DNA from: Promethearchaeum syntrophicum
Lineage (GTDB): Archaea > Asgardarchaeota > Lokiarchaeia > Sigyniarchaeales > Promethearchaeaceae
Direction: 5' to 3'
DNA length: 32,000 bases
Assembly (NCBI RefSeq): GCF_008000775.2
Contig: NZ_CP042905.2
Span: 4,292,195 to 4,324,194, forward strand
Shown: piece by piece, positions 1-10,082 of the stretch
Numbering within the stretch: position 1 is the first letter of the stretch
Layout of the letters: each line of letters begins with the position of its first letter
Translations under genes and position numbers: made by a program
The notes under the pieces: model-generated
Told to the model about the DNA's origin: nothing
Databases searched by the model: none
What the model saw: the letters and a program-made list of their open reading frames with translations, nothing else

Positions 1-33
1 ATTCAAAAAAAAATTATGGAGGAGGAATTTTAA

Positions 34-3000
34 ATGGCATTAATCGATAATTTGATAATAATTCTCTATAGTGTTGTGGGATTAAGCACATTTTTATTTG
101 GATTCTCATTAGTTTTTAAAAATCTGAGAAAAATTAATCGAATCGAAAGAGAGAAATTTGATTTAGGTGATTGGCTTGCATCGATCGGTTTTGGTGTAAT
201 GTTTACTCTCGCAATTTTATTTGCATTAAATCTTTCAATAGAATCTTTTATTATAACAGAGGATCCACTCCCTTCAATTGCTGGATTTTTATTAGTAATT
301 ATGATCGGAATACTCCTTATCTATCCACTATGGGAAGTGATATTTTTAGGAAGGCCTACAGCAGATAGTGTTCACGATTTTCATAAATTTCTGGAATCGA
401 GAATATTAGATAGATTTAAGGGTAAAATGGCATATTTAGTTTCTTTCGGAATATTTATTGTGATTTACATAATTCCTGTTATTGTTTTCACTCTTCTATT
501 AGATTATTCTTTTATAGAAATCCTTTTTGTATGGTTCTTATTATTCCCTCTATTCTTTTTAAACTATTTTGCAGCAAATGGAATTGTATCTGCAATTTTA
601 CAGACAAGTTTTAGAAAAACCATCTCATCGGACATAATAGAAGCGAGTAATACTGGTAAAAATACGAAAAAGATGATCATAAATGTATTTGTTATGATGA
701 TAACTTGGCTTCCTTTTCTTCTCAATGCTTATAATATAGCTAATCCCATCATAAGGGCAATTAATGGGTATGAATTACTTGAAAAAGATCCAATTATGGG
801 TATAATTTCATTAGTTACAACCGTTCCTCTAGGAATTAAGGGTTTCTTCAACAAATTCTGGAATAAAAAATCAAAAACAAAGACAATTGATTTCTTATTC
901 AGTGGTTATATTTTTATTGCAATTGGAATTAACATGTTGATAAATTTCTTCCAAATCAATGAAGGATTAGTTGTTTCAGTTTTTAGCCAAGTAGGATTTC
1001 TCTCTTCACTTAGTGCAATTTTCTCAGATTATACCCTACTTGTTCCAATTATTGTGATTCAAAGTTTAATTACACTTGTTTATGGATTGATTATCTTTTT
1101 CCAAAAAAATTCAGATTTTCACTCTGATATTCGATTAAGGGCAACTTCAATCGCATTTGGAATTAAAGATCTTGATGATTTAATCAAAAAGGATGATCCG
1201 GGGGCAAAGAAAAAGAGGAAAGAAAAAGAAAGAAAGTATGATTATTTAACTTTATATAAATCTCTTTTACTTCCACCAGTTTTCTCAAAATATGGAGTCG
1301 ATCTTAACGAACAGGTTAGATTAAAAGCGCGACAGTATCTTCTCCTAATAAGTATTAATAGTACAGAACACGCTCAAAAAATTGTTGATTTTGTTTTTGA
1401 GACTTCAATCGATCCTAAATCTTCAGTGAAATTCAAATATTCCAAATACTCAGTAAAGGAAGCTATTAATTTGTTGGGGGATATCGGAAAGAAATATCCT
1501 GAATTTGTGATGACTCGAATGATTGAAGCACTACCCGAATCCGATATTCAGATTCAGAGGTATATTTTAGATGCCTTAGGAGATATAGGTGAAAAAAAGG
1601 AGAATTTAATTGTAATATTAGATGAAATAGAACCATTATTGGAAAGCACACGCTATGAATTAAGAACGGCTGCATTTCAAGCAATTTCAGAGATGGTTAT
1701 GGAAGGATCCAATGATGACAAGGAATTTATTCAGATAGCACTGAAGAAAGTTTACGAAATTTTATCTGAATGTTATAAAAATCCAGATATAATCGATACT
1801 GCAATGGAATCTTTAGTGCAAATGAGTGCAAGAATTGCGAATGATTTAGATATATCTAAAATAATTCCGTTCATTCATTATTCTGAAGGCAAAGATAAAG
1901 ACACCAATGATTATATTATACAAAATGCGATTATTGTTCTGGGTTATATGGTATATTATAATATTGATACGTTTCCGTTAGAAGATATTAAAAATTACCT
2001 TAAGGATAAAAGGAATTTTATTAGATATGTTGCATGTGATGCTATCGGCAATTTTATTTTAAAATGTCCTGATAACTTCAAAGAATCTCTATTAGTAAAT
2101 TTGATGATTATATCTCTTTATGATGATGACGATGATGTATGTGAGATGTGCACTGAGAGTATTACAGAATTTTTAGTTTTGAATAAAAATTATGAACCGA
2201 TAATTGATGGTCAGAAAATCTCTGTTTTAAATTATTATTTAAAGGCCCTATCGAGTTCAGAACGAAAAATTGCAGAAAAAGCTAGCGAAGCCTTAAAATC
2301 AATCAGTCCACTTTATGAGGAAAATATTTATCCCCAATTAGAAGAAATCATCAAAAAACAAGAAAACTTGGAATTAGTTAGGGATAGTTTACATGTAATT
2401 GCGCTATCTGGTATTGAGGAGCACCTTAGTGTTGATTTAAACTTGATATATGGATTAACTGAACATACTGATGCAAGTGTGCGTTCAGAAGCAGTCTATA
2501 CATTAGGGTTACTCTCAAAAAATAGGACTGATATAGATGAAAACTATATTATAAAACTAATCGATGATCCCGATCCCCAAGTAAGAAGTCAAACAATTTT
2601 TGCATTGGGAAAAATAGGTATAAATAAACCTGATAAAGTAATTCCGATATTGATTCAGGGATTCTTTGAAATCGATAGGCAATCAGATGATAAAATAAAC
2701 GAAGTTGAATTATTTGCTGAAAGTTTAGGATTAATTGGAGCTGAGCACCCATCAAATGAGATTATTGTTTCTCTTCAAAGTGGATTGATGGGGGACTCGA
2801 ACCCTTTCACTAAAGATGTTATGGCTCATGCATTAGGAGCAATTGGACACGGTATGATCCGCTCGGGAAATGCAACGCGGAGAATAGAAAATGAAGCATT
2901 TTACAATAGTGTTAGTTGGTTACGAAGTCAAAGCAAAAAAGAATATACTATCGGAAATCTAGTTATTATTTTCATTGAAGCATTGCAATTAAAATCCATT

Positions 3001-3564
3001 CCAAATTCAGTCATGGATGAAATATCAGATTCAGTTCAAGATCTTTTACCTGTCTTCTTATTTGTTGACGAAGATGAAAGAAAAAAGAACAGAATCTTAA
3101 CAACCATTAAAGAATTACTTGCTCAAGCATATTATAGTAATTACAATAATGAAATTCTCGAAAATATAGATAGAATAGATAGTTTAATAAGCTTTAAACG
3201 TAGTTTCGAGACAGACTTAACATCTCTTCAGGAACAGTTCATTTTCTTTAGTAAACAGTACACAAGTGACGGAAAACAGTTTTATGACCAAGGTAATGTC
3301 TTTTTGCAATTAGTTAAGAAAGAGGAACCTGAATTCTATGATTATGCTCTTCGTTCTTTTGAAGTCGCGATCGATTTAGCTCCATTTGAATTTTTTACAC
3401 CTAATTGTTTATTGCAAATGGCAATTATTTTGGAGCATAAAGGGGAACATTTGGAAGCGAAGAAGAAATATGAAGAAGCTTTAGAAATTTTCAGCAGTTT
3501 AGATGAAATTGAAAAAATGAAAGAATGTGAACAAGCACTTACTTCTATTCAGCAACATCTTTAA
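34..3564 (+). CDS. Large membrane-anchored HEAT-repeat / TPR protein (polytopic N-terminal domain, soluble repeat domain)
   Basis: An uninterrupted 1176-aa ORF. A GGAGGAGG Shine-Dalgarno-like motif at 18-25 lies 8 nt upstream of the ATG. Residues 1 to ~370 are consecutive hydrophobic helices. Residues ~470-900 carry recurring HEAT/PBS-lyase-like units ('RYILDALGDIGEK', 'DASVRSEAVYTLGLL', 'DPDPQVRSQTIFALGKIG', 'FIRYVACDAIGNF'). The C-terminal ~100 aa look TPR-like ('YDYALRSFEVAIDLAP', 'EAKKKYEEALEIF'). Confidence 0.7.
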   Translation: MALIDNLIIILYSVVGLSTFLFGFSLVFKNLRKINRIEREKFDLGDWLASIGFGVMFTLAILFALNLSIESFIITEDPLPSIAGFLLVIMIGILLIYPLWEVIFLGRPTADSVHDFHKFLESRILDRFKGKMAYLVSFGIFIVIYIIPVIVFTLLLDYSFIEILFVWFLLFPLFFLNYFAANGIVSAILQTSFRKTISSDIIEASNTGKNTKKMIINVFVMMITWLPFLLNAYNIANPIIRAINGYELLEKDPIMGIISLVTTVPLGIKGFFNKFWNKKSKTKTIDFLFSGYIFIAIGINMLINFFQINEGLVVSVFSQVGFLSSLSAIFSDYTLLVPIIVIQSLITLVYGLIIFFQKNSDFHSDIRLRATSIAFGIKDLDDLIKKDDPGAKKKRKEKERKYDYLTLYKSLLLPPVFSKYGVDLNEQVRLKARQYLLLISINSTEHAQKIVDFVFETSIDPKSSVKFKYSKYSVKEAINLLGDIGKKYPEFVMTRMIEALPESDIQIQRYILDALGDIGEKKENLIVILDEIEPLLESTRYELRTAAFQAISEMVMEGSNDDKEFIQIALKKVYEILSECYKNPDIIDTAMESLVQMSARIANDLDISKIIPFIHYSEGKDKDTNDYIIQNAIIVLGYMVYYNIDTFPLEDIKNYLKDKRNFIRYVACDAIGNFILKCPDNFKESLLVNLMIISLYDDDDDVCEMCTESITEFLVLNKNYEPIIDGQKISVLNYYLKALSSSERKIAEKASEALKSISPLYEENIYPQLEEIIKKQENLELVRDSLHVIALSGIEEHLSVDLNLIYGLTEHTDASVRSEAVYTLGLLSKNRTDIDENYIIKLIDDPDPQVRSQTIFALGKIGINKPDKVIPILIQGFFEIDRQSDDKINEVELFAESLGLIGAEHPSNEIIVSLQSGLMGDSNPFTKDVMAHALGAIGHGMIRSGNATRRIENEAFYNSVSWLRSQSKKEYTIGNLVIIFIEALQLKSIPNSVMDEISDSVQDLLPVFLFVDEDERKKNRILTTIKELLAQAYYSNYNNEILENIDRIDSLISFKRSFETDLTSLQEQFIFFSKQYTSDGKQFYDQGNVFLQLVKKEEPEFYDYALRSFEVAIDLAPFEFFTPNCLLQMAIILEHKGEHLEAKKKYEEALEIFSSLDEIEKMKECEQALTSIQQHL

Positions 3565-3587
3565 GAATAGAAGTGTTTATTTTTTTT

Positions 3588-5129
3588 ATGGAATTACCCA
3601 GATCTGCGGGTATATTATTGCACCCAACCAGCGTTTATACTCGTTATGGGATTGGTGATTTAGGTCCAGATACTTTTCAATTTATTGAATTTTTAAAAGC
3701 TAGTTCACAACATTTTATGCAAGTATTACCAATTGGACCAACTGGCTATGCAGACTCTCCTTATCAAACCATATCAGCATTTGCGGGAAATCCTCTTTTA
3801 ATTAGTCCAGATGGATTAATTCAAATGGAACTTATCACCTTGGAAGAAGTGGATCAATGCCTAAAGGAAATTAAAATACATGATGAACCTTCTAAGAATT
3901 TAAAAGTGAATTATCAAAATGTAATTGATCTTAAAGAGAAAATCTTAAAAATTGCTTTTAAAACATTTTTACAAAAGCAATTTCAACAGAATTCAAAATT
4001 AAATGATTCTTTTGTTAAATTTTGCGAAGAACAAGCATATTGGTTGGATGATTTTGTACTTTTTTATTCTCTTAAGGTAGCAAATAATTTACAATCGTGG
4101 ATAACCTGGCCAAAAAATTTTGCCTTGAGGCACAAAAATGCTTTAAAAGTATGGATTGCAGGTCATTCGAGAGAATTAAAACTATATAAATTTATACAAT
4201 GGATATTTTCAATCCAATGGACTAATTTACGAGATTTTGCTCATAAAAATAATGTTGAAATTATTGGTGACATGCCAATATTTGTTGCCCATGATTCTGT
4301 TGATGTTTGGGCAAATTCTGATTTATTCACATTAAATCCAGATGGAACTTTAGAATATCAAGCAGGAGTCCCCCCGGATTATTTTTCAAAAACAGGTCAG
4401 TTATGGGGCAATCCGTTATATAAATGGGAGATTCTACAAGAGAGAAATTTCAAATGGTTTATTCAAAGATTTAAAAGACAAATAGAATTATTTGATTGGA
4501 TACGCGTTGACCATTTTCGCGGTTTTCAAGCATTTTGGAGAATTTCTGGAACCGCCAAGGATGCAATTGATGGAAAATGGATAAAAGCTCCTGGGGAAGA
4601 TTTATTTATTGAGGTCCAAAAACAGCTTGGTATCCTGCCAATAATTGCTGAAGATTTAGGAGTAATAACATCTGAAGTAGAAGCATTACGAGATAAATTT
4701 AACTTTCCCGGAATGAAAATACTCCAATTTGCCTTTGGGAGTGATGAAGAAAATCCATATTTACCACATAACTTTGTTCATAATTGTATATCGTACACAG
4801 GAACTCATGATAACAATACTACATTAGGGTGGTGGCAAAATGATGCAACTAAAACTGAAAAGAAGAATTTAAGAGAATATTTAAACACGAAATCAGAGAA
4901 TAAAAGTGTAGTAGATGATTTAATTAGGATTCTTTATCGATCAATTGCAAAAGTGGCAATAATTCCAATCCAAGATCTTTTAGGCCAAGGCGAAGAAGCT
5001 AGAATGAATACTCCAAGTGTTGAAGGTGGAAATTGGCAATATCAAGTAAAAATTGATAATGATGTTAAAAATCGCGCAAAATTTCTGAAGAAAATAACAA
5101 AACTATACGGAAGAAAAGTGATTATATAA
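3588..5129 (+). CDS. malQ: 4-alpha-glucanotransferase (amylomaltase, GH77)
   Basis: The N-terminus 'RSAGILLHPTS...GIGDLG' is typical of GH77. Other family motifs present are 'SPYQTISAFAGNPLLISP', 'WIRVDHFRGF' (nucleophile region), 'IIAEDLGVIT' (acid/base Glu) and 'GTHDNNT'. The ORF track starts at GTG 3573; I prefer ATG 3588 (MELPRSAG...). Confidence 0.9.
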   Translation: MELPRSAGILLHPTSVYTRYGIGDLGPDTFQFIEFLKASSQHFMQVLPIGPTGYADSPYQTISAFAGNPLLISPDGLIQMELITLEEVDQCLKEIKIHDEPSKNLKVNYQNVIDLKEKILKIAFKTFLQKQFQQNSKLNDSFVKFCEEQAYWLDDFVLFYSLKVANNLQSWITWPKNFALRHKNALKVWIAGHSRELKLYKFIQWIFSIQWTNLRDFAHKNNVEIIGDMPIFVAHDSVDVWANSDLFTLNPDGTLEYQAGVPPDYFSKTGQLWGNPLYKWEILQERNFKWFIQRFKRQIELFDWIRVDHFRGFQAFWRISGTAKDAIDGKWIKAPGEDLFIEVQKQLGILPIIAEDLGVITSEVEALRDKFNFPGMKILQFAFGSDEENPYLPHNFVHNCISYTGTHDNNTTLGWWQNDATKTEKKNLREYLNTKSENKSVVDDLIRILYRSIAKVAIIPIQDLLGQGEEARMNTPSVEGGNWQYQVKIDNDVKNRAKFLKKITKLYGRKVII

Positions 5130-5229
5130 AATCTCTTCCCCCTAAGACATTAATTCAGTTATACTCCATTTTTTATTTACCATATTTTTAAATATATCAA
5201 TTAAATAAAGAGGATAGGAGAAGGAGTAT

Positions 5230-6495
5230 TTGAACGATCAAGACCCGAAATTGCGGACAAAAATCAATTCTGAGCAAAATATATCAAATAAAGAAGAATT
5301 TCCTTCAGAATTAAGACAAGAAAAAGTGAACCATTTTTCCGCTTCTATAGATAATTCTAATCAAGAATTCTCAAGAAATTTTATTGTTCCTTTAAACGGT
5401 AAAGATAATCAAATAAAAAATGTTCAAGATTTCTTTTCACAATATGGAGAAATCAAAAATCTATTACAATTTAATTTAGATAAAATAGAAAAGCACAATG
5501 AAAGAAATGGTGAAAAATTGGAAATTTATGATAACTTAGGGAAAATATCAGGAAAAATTCTTATAAAAACACCGAGAAATCATGAAATTCAATTATTTCT
5601 TCAACAATTCTCATCTACAAATTATTGTAAATTATATAAAATTAATATATATAGACTTCTTGAGAAAATTAATAGAAATATTATTTCTTTGAAAGAAGAA
5701 TTGATTAGATTTTTTATATTAAAAGATTTTCCTGAACCTTTTATTATTTTATTTCCTCTGGATGAGCTAGAATATTTCTCTCAAGAAGAAATCGTTCTCT
5801 TGTATTCAATATTTAAAATCACAGATAATTTTGCACCGATTTCATTAGGGGGATTATTTTTATTCGTCTCTTCACTAAAGCAAAATTTGCCACATGAGTT
5901 TAACAATTTCTTTGATTTAGAAGTTAATGTAAAAATACCAGATATACAGAGCAAAAAGCGCTTAATAGAATCAATTTTAAAGAATATTCCGAATAATAAT
6001 GTTGATATCGATCATTTTTCATTACAAGTAAAGGATTGGAATGTAGCATCAATTAGAAAATTCATTATTTTTGCTTATAGATACTTTCAAATTAATCAAA
6101 AAGATGATTTAACAAGTAAAATGAAGTTTAATACCAAATTTCTTAGCGATTTAATTGAAAATAATTCAATAAATTTCAGAAACGATATTTCTTTAGATAA
6201 AAAAAACGCAATACAGATTAATAATACAATAAATTCTCAACCTAAATTATTAGATTCAGGTAAAAAATTAAACCAAAACTTAGAAAACCAATTATATCAA
6301 GAATCTGCTTCAAAAAATTATGAGGATTTATGCATAATATTAGATAAAATTCAAAAAGGGATTGTTCTTTTGCCATTTGAAAGGCAAACACTAGCAGATA
6401 ATTCCTTTATTCTAAAAGAAGACCCACAAAAAGCCTTGCAAAAACTAAATAAAGCAAAATCTACCGTTGATAAGTTTAAAAAGATTATTTCTTAA
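5230..6495 (+). CDS. Hypothetical protein with a degenerate AAA+ ATPase-like core (Walker A lost)
   Basis: A 421-aa ORF with a TTG start preceded by the purine-rich 'gaggataggagaaggag'; there is no in-frame Met for ~290 codons. The middle of the protein aligns by eye to a classical AAA module. 'GKILIKTPRNHEIQLFLQQF' sits where G-PPGTGKT-LLA would be. 'FIILFPLDELEYF' resembles Walker B. 'VNVKIPDIQSKKRLIESILKNIP...VDIDHFSLQVKDWNVASIRKF' resembles the AAA lid (IEIPLPD..R.EIL..H......VDL..LA..T.GFSGADI). It lies 25 nt upstream of the SMC gene on the same strand. Confidence 0.5.
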   Translation: MNDQDPKLRTKINSEQNISNKEEFPSELRQEKVNHFSASIDNSNQEFSRNFIVPLNGKDNQIKNVQDFFSQYGEIKNLLQFNLDKIEKHNERNGEKLEIYDNLGKISGKILIKTPRNHEIQLFLQQFSSTNYCKLYKINIYRLLEKINRNIISLKEELIRFFILKDFPEPFIILFPLDELEYFSQEEIVLLYSIFKITDNFAPISLGGLFLFVSSLKQNLPHEFNNFFDLEVNVKIPDIQSKKRLIESILKNIPNNNVDIDHFSLQVKDWNVASIRKFIIFAYRYFQINQKDDLTSKMKFNTKFLSDLIENNSINFRNDISLDKKNAIQINNTINSQPKLLDSGKKLNQNLENQLYQESASKNYEDLCIILDKIQKGIVLLPFERQTLADNSFILKEDPQKALQKLNKAKSTVDKFKKIIS

Positions 6496-6520
6496 ATTAT
6501 TAATTTAACACAATTTTAAA

Positions 6521-9500
6521 GTGAATACTATGACCGAAATGAAAGGATTGGCAGAAAACATTGAAAAAACTAAATCAATGGAGTTATCCCCAATTCTAGA
6601 TGAGAAAAAAGAGGTCATAAAAGATTTTAAAAATAAGATCAAATTAGAAAAAATTATTTTAGAAGACTTCATCTCATTCGATTATAATGAAGTAATATTT
6701 CATCCTGAATTTACAATCATTACTGGTCCTAATGGTGTTGGCAAATCTTCAATATATCATGCTCTTAAATTTGTACTAGGTTCTAATGATTATGATGGAC
6801 GATATAATAAATGGTCTAATTTTATTAGAACAGGACAAAAATATGCAATTGTAACTCTTTACTTGCAATTCTCTGGAAAAAAATATTGTCTTAAAAGAAC
6901 CGTTTTTAAGGATAAAGCCCCAAAATTTTCTTTTCAAGGTCCAGATGAAAAAGAATTTCACGATGTTTCAGCAAAAAAGATTCAAGAATTTGTAGATAAA
7001 ATTGGTATTGATCCTGACCATGTGTTCTCATTTATGTCTCAAGGTAAAATTGGATCTCTTAAAAATTTTAAAGATGAAGCCTTGTGCACATTTGTGGAAA
7101 AAGGATTAGGACTTAATATTCTTAGAGAAAATATATTAAGTCAAAAAGAACGAATAATTTATTTAAAAAAGGAATTTTCTGTGTTAATTTCACAACGAGA
7201 CAGTATGAAATATCAACTAGTTGAATTAGAACCTAAATTAAAACGTTTAGAGAAAAAAAGATCTTTGCTAAGTAAATTAGAAGGGTTAGATAATGAGCTA
7301 TTATGGGCACAAAAAGAAGATATTATAAAACAAATTGATGTATATCGCGATCAGATTCATTTTAAAGAAAATTCAATTAAAGATCTTGAATTAAATATCA
7401 GTACTCTTCAAGAAGAAGAAAACTCCATTGAAGAGAATTTGAAACAAGAAAAAGACGAATACAAGATTACAATTGATATTTTTGCACAAAAAAAAGCGCA
7501 TCTTGAAATTTTAAAAAAAGAAATTAATAAATGGACCTCTGAAAAGAATCAAATTGCTGATAAAATCGAGAAAATATCTAAAGATATAGATAAATTACAG
7601 TTAGATATTAATAAACAAGGTTTTGAGCTTAAATCTTATCAAAAGAGCATGGATGATTTGAAAACCTTAACTGGAGAAGCAAAACTTTTATTAAAATCAT
7701 ATGAAGATGAGGAACGCTCTTTAAATAAAAAATTCATTAAATATCGGGAAATATTGTTTGAATTTGATTCAAAAACACAAATAGTTTCAAATTTAGAAGA
7801 CAATTTGAAAGAAATAGAAGAAAGTCATAACAAAAAGGAATCAGAAATCAATGAAAAAGCCAAGGAAATTCAAAAAATCGACCATGAATTGAAGGATTTC
7901 AAATGGTTTATGGAAAATCCAAAAAAAGATTTACAAATTAAAATGAAAGCTTTAGTAGAAAAATATCAAAAATCAATAAATATCTTCAATGACGATTTAG
8001 TACAATTACAAATTCAATATAAAACATTAACAAGTGAGATAGAACGCGTTAAACAATCTGTTCATGATAAAAGCATGCCTAAACCAAAATCCATAATATC
8101 CATGATGGATGAAATTAAACAGAGGAACATGCAAAGTATTGGTCCGTTGATTGATTATATAACTTTTGATCCTTTATATCAAATGGCGGTTGAATCAATC
8201 TTTGGTTCAAGAGTCTTATATAGTTTCATTGCTAAAAATCATGAAGAATTTGCCCTACTTAAAAATATGGCTCAAAGATATAATGCAAGATGTAATCTAT
8301 ATTTAGAAAAACAAAAAAACCTAACTCCTTTACCTTCATTGAATGATTCTCAAGAAATGGGAGTATTTGGGTATTTAGCAGAAATAATAAAACCTACAAT
8401 CCCGGAACCTGCAATTCAAAAAGTTATTCATTCCGTAGCAAGTATAACACTTGTTGTTAAGGATCATATTGCTGGAACTAACTACACTCAAAAATTTAAA
8501 TCCAGAAATTGGATTGTAACCTTAGATGGAGAACAATTAAGACCGAAAAAATTTGTTTTAGAAGCGCGTCCTTATATTTCAAATAATAAACAAAAAATTA
8601 CAAGTGTCTCTCAGGCAAAAATAATATTAAATGAATTAAACGAAAAATCTGAAAGAAATCGTCATAATTATAATAAGCGAAGTTCAGATCTACAAAACCT
8701 TAAAGAAAAACATAAGAAAGTATTGAAAGATTTAGCACAAATTGATGTCCTATTAGTAAAATATAAACAAAAGGAAATAACTACTAAGGTTAAAAACGCT
8801 CTAATAAATGAGAGAGAGAAAAATTATACTAAAATTCAAGAAAAAAAGAAAAAGATTGAAGTTATTAAAAAAGAGATCGAAATTTTGAAAGAAAAATTAC
8901 CCGATGATTCAATATTAAATCATGATCGACTAACTCAACTACCAAATTTAATAGTTACTCAAAAAAATAAGATAACAGAATATGAATCTAAAAAAGACAT
9001 TAATATTCAGCAAATAAATGATATAAAAATTAAGGAAAATCTTCTTTCAAATGAAATAAATGCAAAAACAAAAGAAAAACAAGAGATAATTTCGGATTTA
9101 ACTTCTCAAGATAAACATTATTATGATCTCATTCAAGAAAATATCAAATTAACAGGTCAAATTAAAAACATTAAAAATGAAATTGAAGAGAGCAACACAA
9201 AAATCACTTCCTTAGAATTGGAAGAAAAAAAGATTTCTGAAGAAAAAAATCAACTGTTAATTCGGAAGGCCACGTTGAAAAATTCGATCGATGATATTAA
9301 ATCCTACATTGAAGAGAAAGAGAAGAAAATTGAAAGAATTAGCAATATTTTAAAGGAGATCAAAGAAAAAGTTTACCCAAAGCGTCCAATCATCGAAATT
9401 CAAAATGATATCGAAGAAATAAATAAAATCTTGAGATCTTATTTCGATGTAGATGAAAATATCATATTAGAAAAACAACGAATTGAGGATTCAATAAAAA

Positions 9501-10072
9501 AAATATTAGAAAAGCAAGAAACATCAGATAAAGAGATAAAAGCAGCAAAAGAAGCAGAATTAAAAATTGAACAAAACTATCTTAACAAATTCGAAAAATC
9601 TGTAGATATTTTAGAAGATCTCGTAAATAAAAAATTAAAATTTACCCAAACTGATTTTAATGTGAATTTAAATTTAGAAGGGGAAATTGAAGAATTTAAA
9701 TTAACAATTAAAGCCGTTTCAACAAAAAATCAAAAAAATGTTCGTCCTTTTACAGCTTTGAGTGGTGGGGAACAATCTATGGTTGGAATTAGTCTAATGT
9801 TATCATTGCACTATTTTAATCCTTCTCCTTTCAATATCTACGATGAAATTGAAATGTTTTTGGACAACCTAAACGCAGAAATCATCGCAAAATTAATCTT
9901 CGAAATTACAACAAGTGGAATTCAATGCATTTTAATAATGCCAGATTCTTCCATTTCAATATTATATTATGCAAATAAAGTCATTGGGATTAGTAAAAAT
10001 GGAACCAATGGTTCATCAACTGTGCATTATGCCAAGGCGCGAAAAAATTCTAATTTCCAAACTCTTAATTAG
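6521..10072 (+). CDS. SMC-family chromosome-organisation ATPase with hinge; head motifs resemble Smc5/6
   Basis: Walker A 'GPNGVGKS' (6725-6748). Q-loop-like 'FSFMSQGKIG'. Very long Lys/Glu-rich coiled coils. The central hinge-like region has 'IGPLIDYITFDPLYQMAVESIFGSRVLYSFIAKNHEEFALLKNMAQ' and 'ITLVVKDHIAGTNY...WIVTLDGEQLRP'. Signature motif 'LSGGEQS' (~9758-9778) and Walker B/D-loop 'FNIYDEIEMFLD'. 'ILIMPDSS' occupies the usual H-loop position. The start could be GTG 6521 or ATG 6530. Confidence 0.88.
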   Translation: MNTMTEMKGLAENIEKTKSMELSPILDEKKEVIKDFKNKIKLEKIILEDFISFDYNEVIFHPEFTIITGPNGVGKSSIYHALKFVLGSNDYDGRYNKWSNFIRTGQKYAIVTLYLQFSGKKYCLKRTVFKDKAPKFSFQGPDEKEFHDVSAKKIQEFVDKIGIDPDHVFSFMSQGKIGSLKNFKDEALCTFVEKGLGLNILRENILSQKERIIYLKKEFSVLISQRDSMKYQLVELEPKLKRLEKKRSLLSKLEGLDNELLWAQKEDIIKQIDVYRDQIHFKENSIKDLELNISTLQEEENSIEENLKQEKDEYKITIDIFAQKKAHLEILKKEINKWTSEKNQIADKIEKISKDIDKLQLDINKQGFELKSYQKSMDDLKTLTGEAKLLLKSYEDEERSLNKKFIKYREILFEFDSKTQIVSNLEDNLKEIEESHNKKESEINEKAKEIQKIDHELKDFKWFMENPKKDLQIKMKALVEKYQKSINIFNDDLVQLQIQYKTLTSEIERVKQSVHDKSMPKPKSIISMMDEIKQRNMQSIGPLIDYITFDPLYQMAVESIFGSRVLYSFIAKNHEEFALLKNMAQRYNARCNLYLEKQKNLTPLPSLNDSQEMGVFGYLAEIIKPTIPEPAIQKVIHSVASITLVVKDHIAGTNYTQKFKSRNWIVTLDGEQLRPKKFVLEARPYISNNKQKITSVSQAKIILNELNEKSERNRHNYNKRSSDLQNLKEKHKKVLKDLAQIDVLLVKYKQKEITTKVKNALINEREKNYTKIQEKKKKIEVIKKEIEILKEKLPDDSILNHDRLTQLPNLIVTQKNKITEYESKKDINIQQINDIKIKENLLSNEINAKTKEKQEIISDLTSQDKHYYDLIQENIKLTGQIKNIKNEIEESNTKITSLELEEKKISEEKNQLLIRKATLKNSIDDIKSYIEEKEKKIERISNILKEIKEKVYPKRPIIEIQNDIEEINKILRSYFDVDENIILEKQRIEDSIKKILEKQETSDKEIKAAKEAELKIEQNYLNKFEKSVDILEDLVNKKLKFTQTDFNVNLNLEGEIEEFKLTIKAVSTKNQKNVRPFTALSGGEQSMVGISLMLSLHYFNPSPFNIYDEIEMFLDNLNAEIIAKLIFEITTSGIQCILIMPDSSISILYYANKVIGISKNGTNGSSTVHYAKARKNSNFQTLN

Positions 10073-10082
10073 GAGGATTTAA

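Noticed and set aside
171-368. Short ORFs nested in or antisense to long, well-supported genes. Besides 171-368, these are 1466-1684, 2549-2755, 6776-6961, 10914-11204, 11223-11411, 12237-12467, 13013-13255, 16215-16445, 19116-19322, 20290-20622, 21746-21937, 22104-22343, 22380-22571, 24307-24591, 25678-25896, 25707-25967, 26498-26725, 27040-27288 and 29705-29899.
   Set aside because: All overlap much longer ORFs that carry clear family motifs. Their translations are low-complexity (F/I/L/K/N/S-rich), as expected from alternative frames of AT-rich coding DNA. None has a recognisable motif or a ribosome-binding site.
34-3564. The HEAT/TPR protein as a HAWK-type (Scc2/Pds5-like) partner of the nearby SMC-kleisin
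   Set aside because: It is membrane-anchored and separated from the SMC operon by malQ. The similarity is at the repeat-class level only. This is too speculative to report as a finding.
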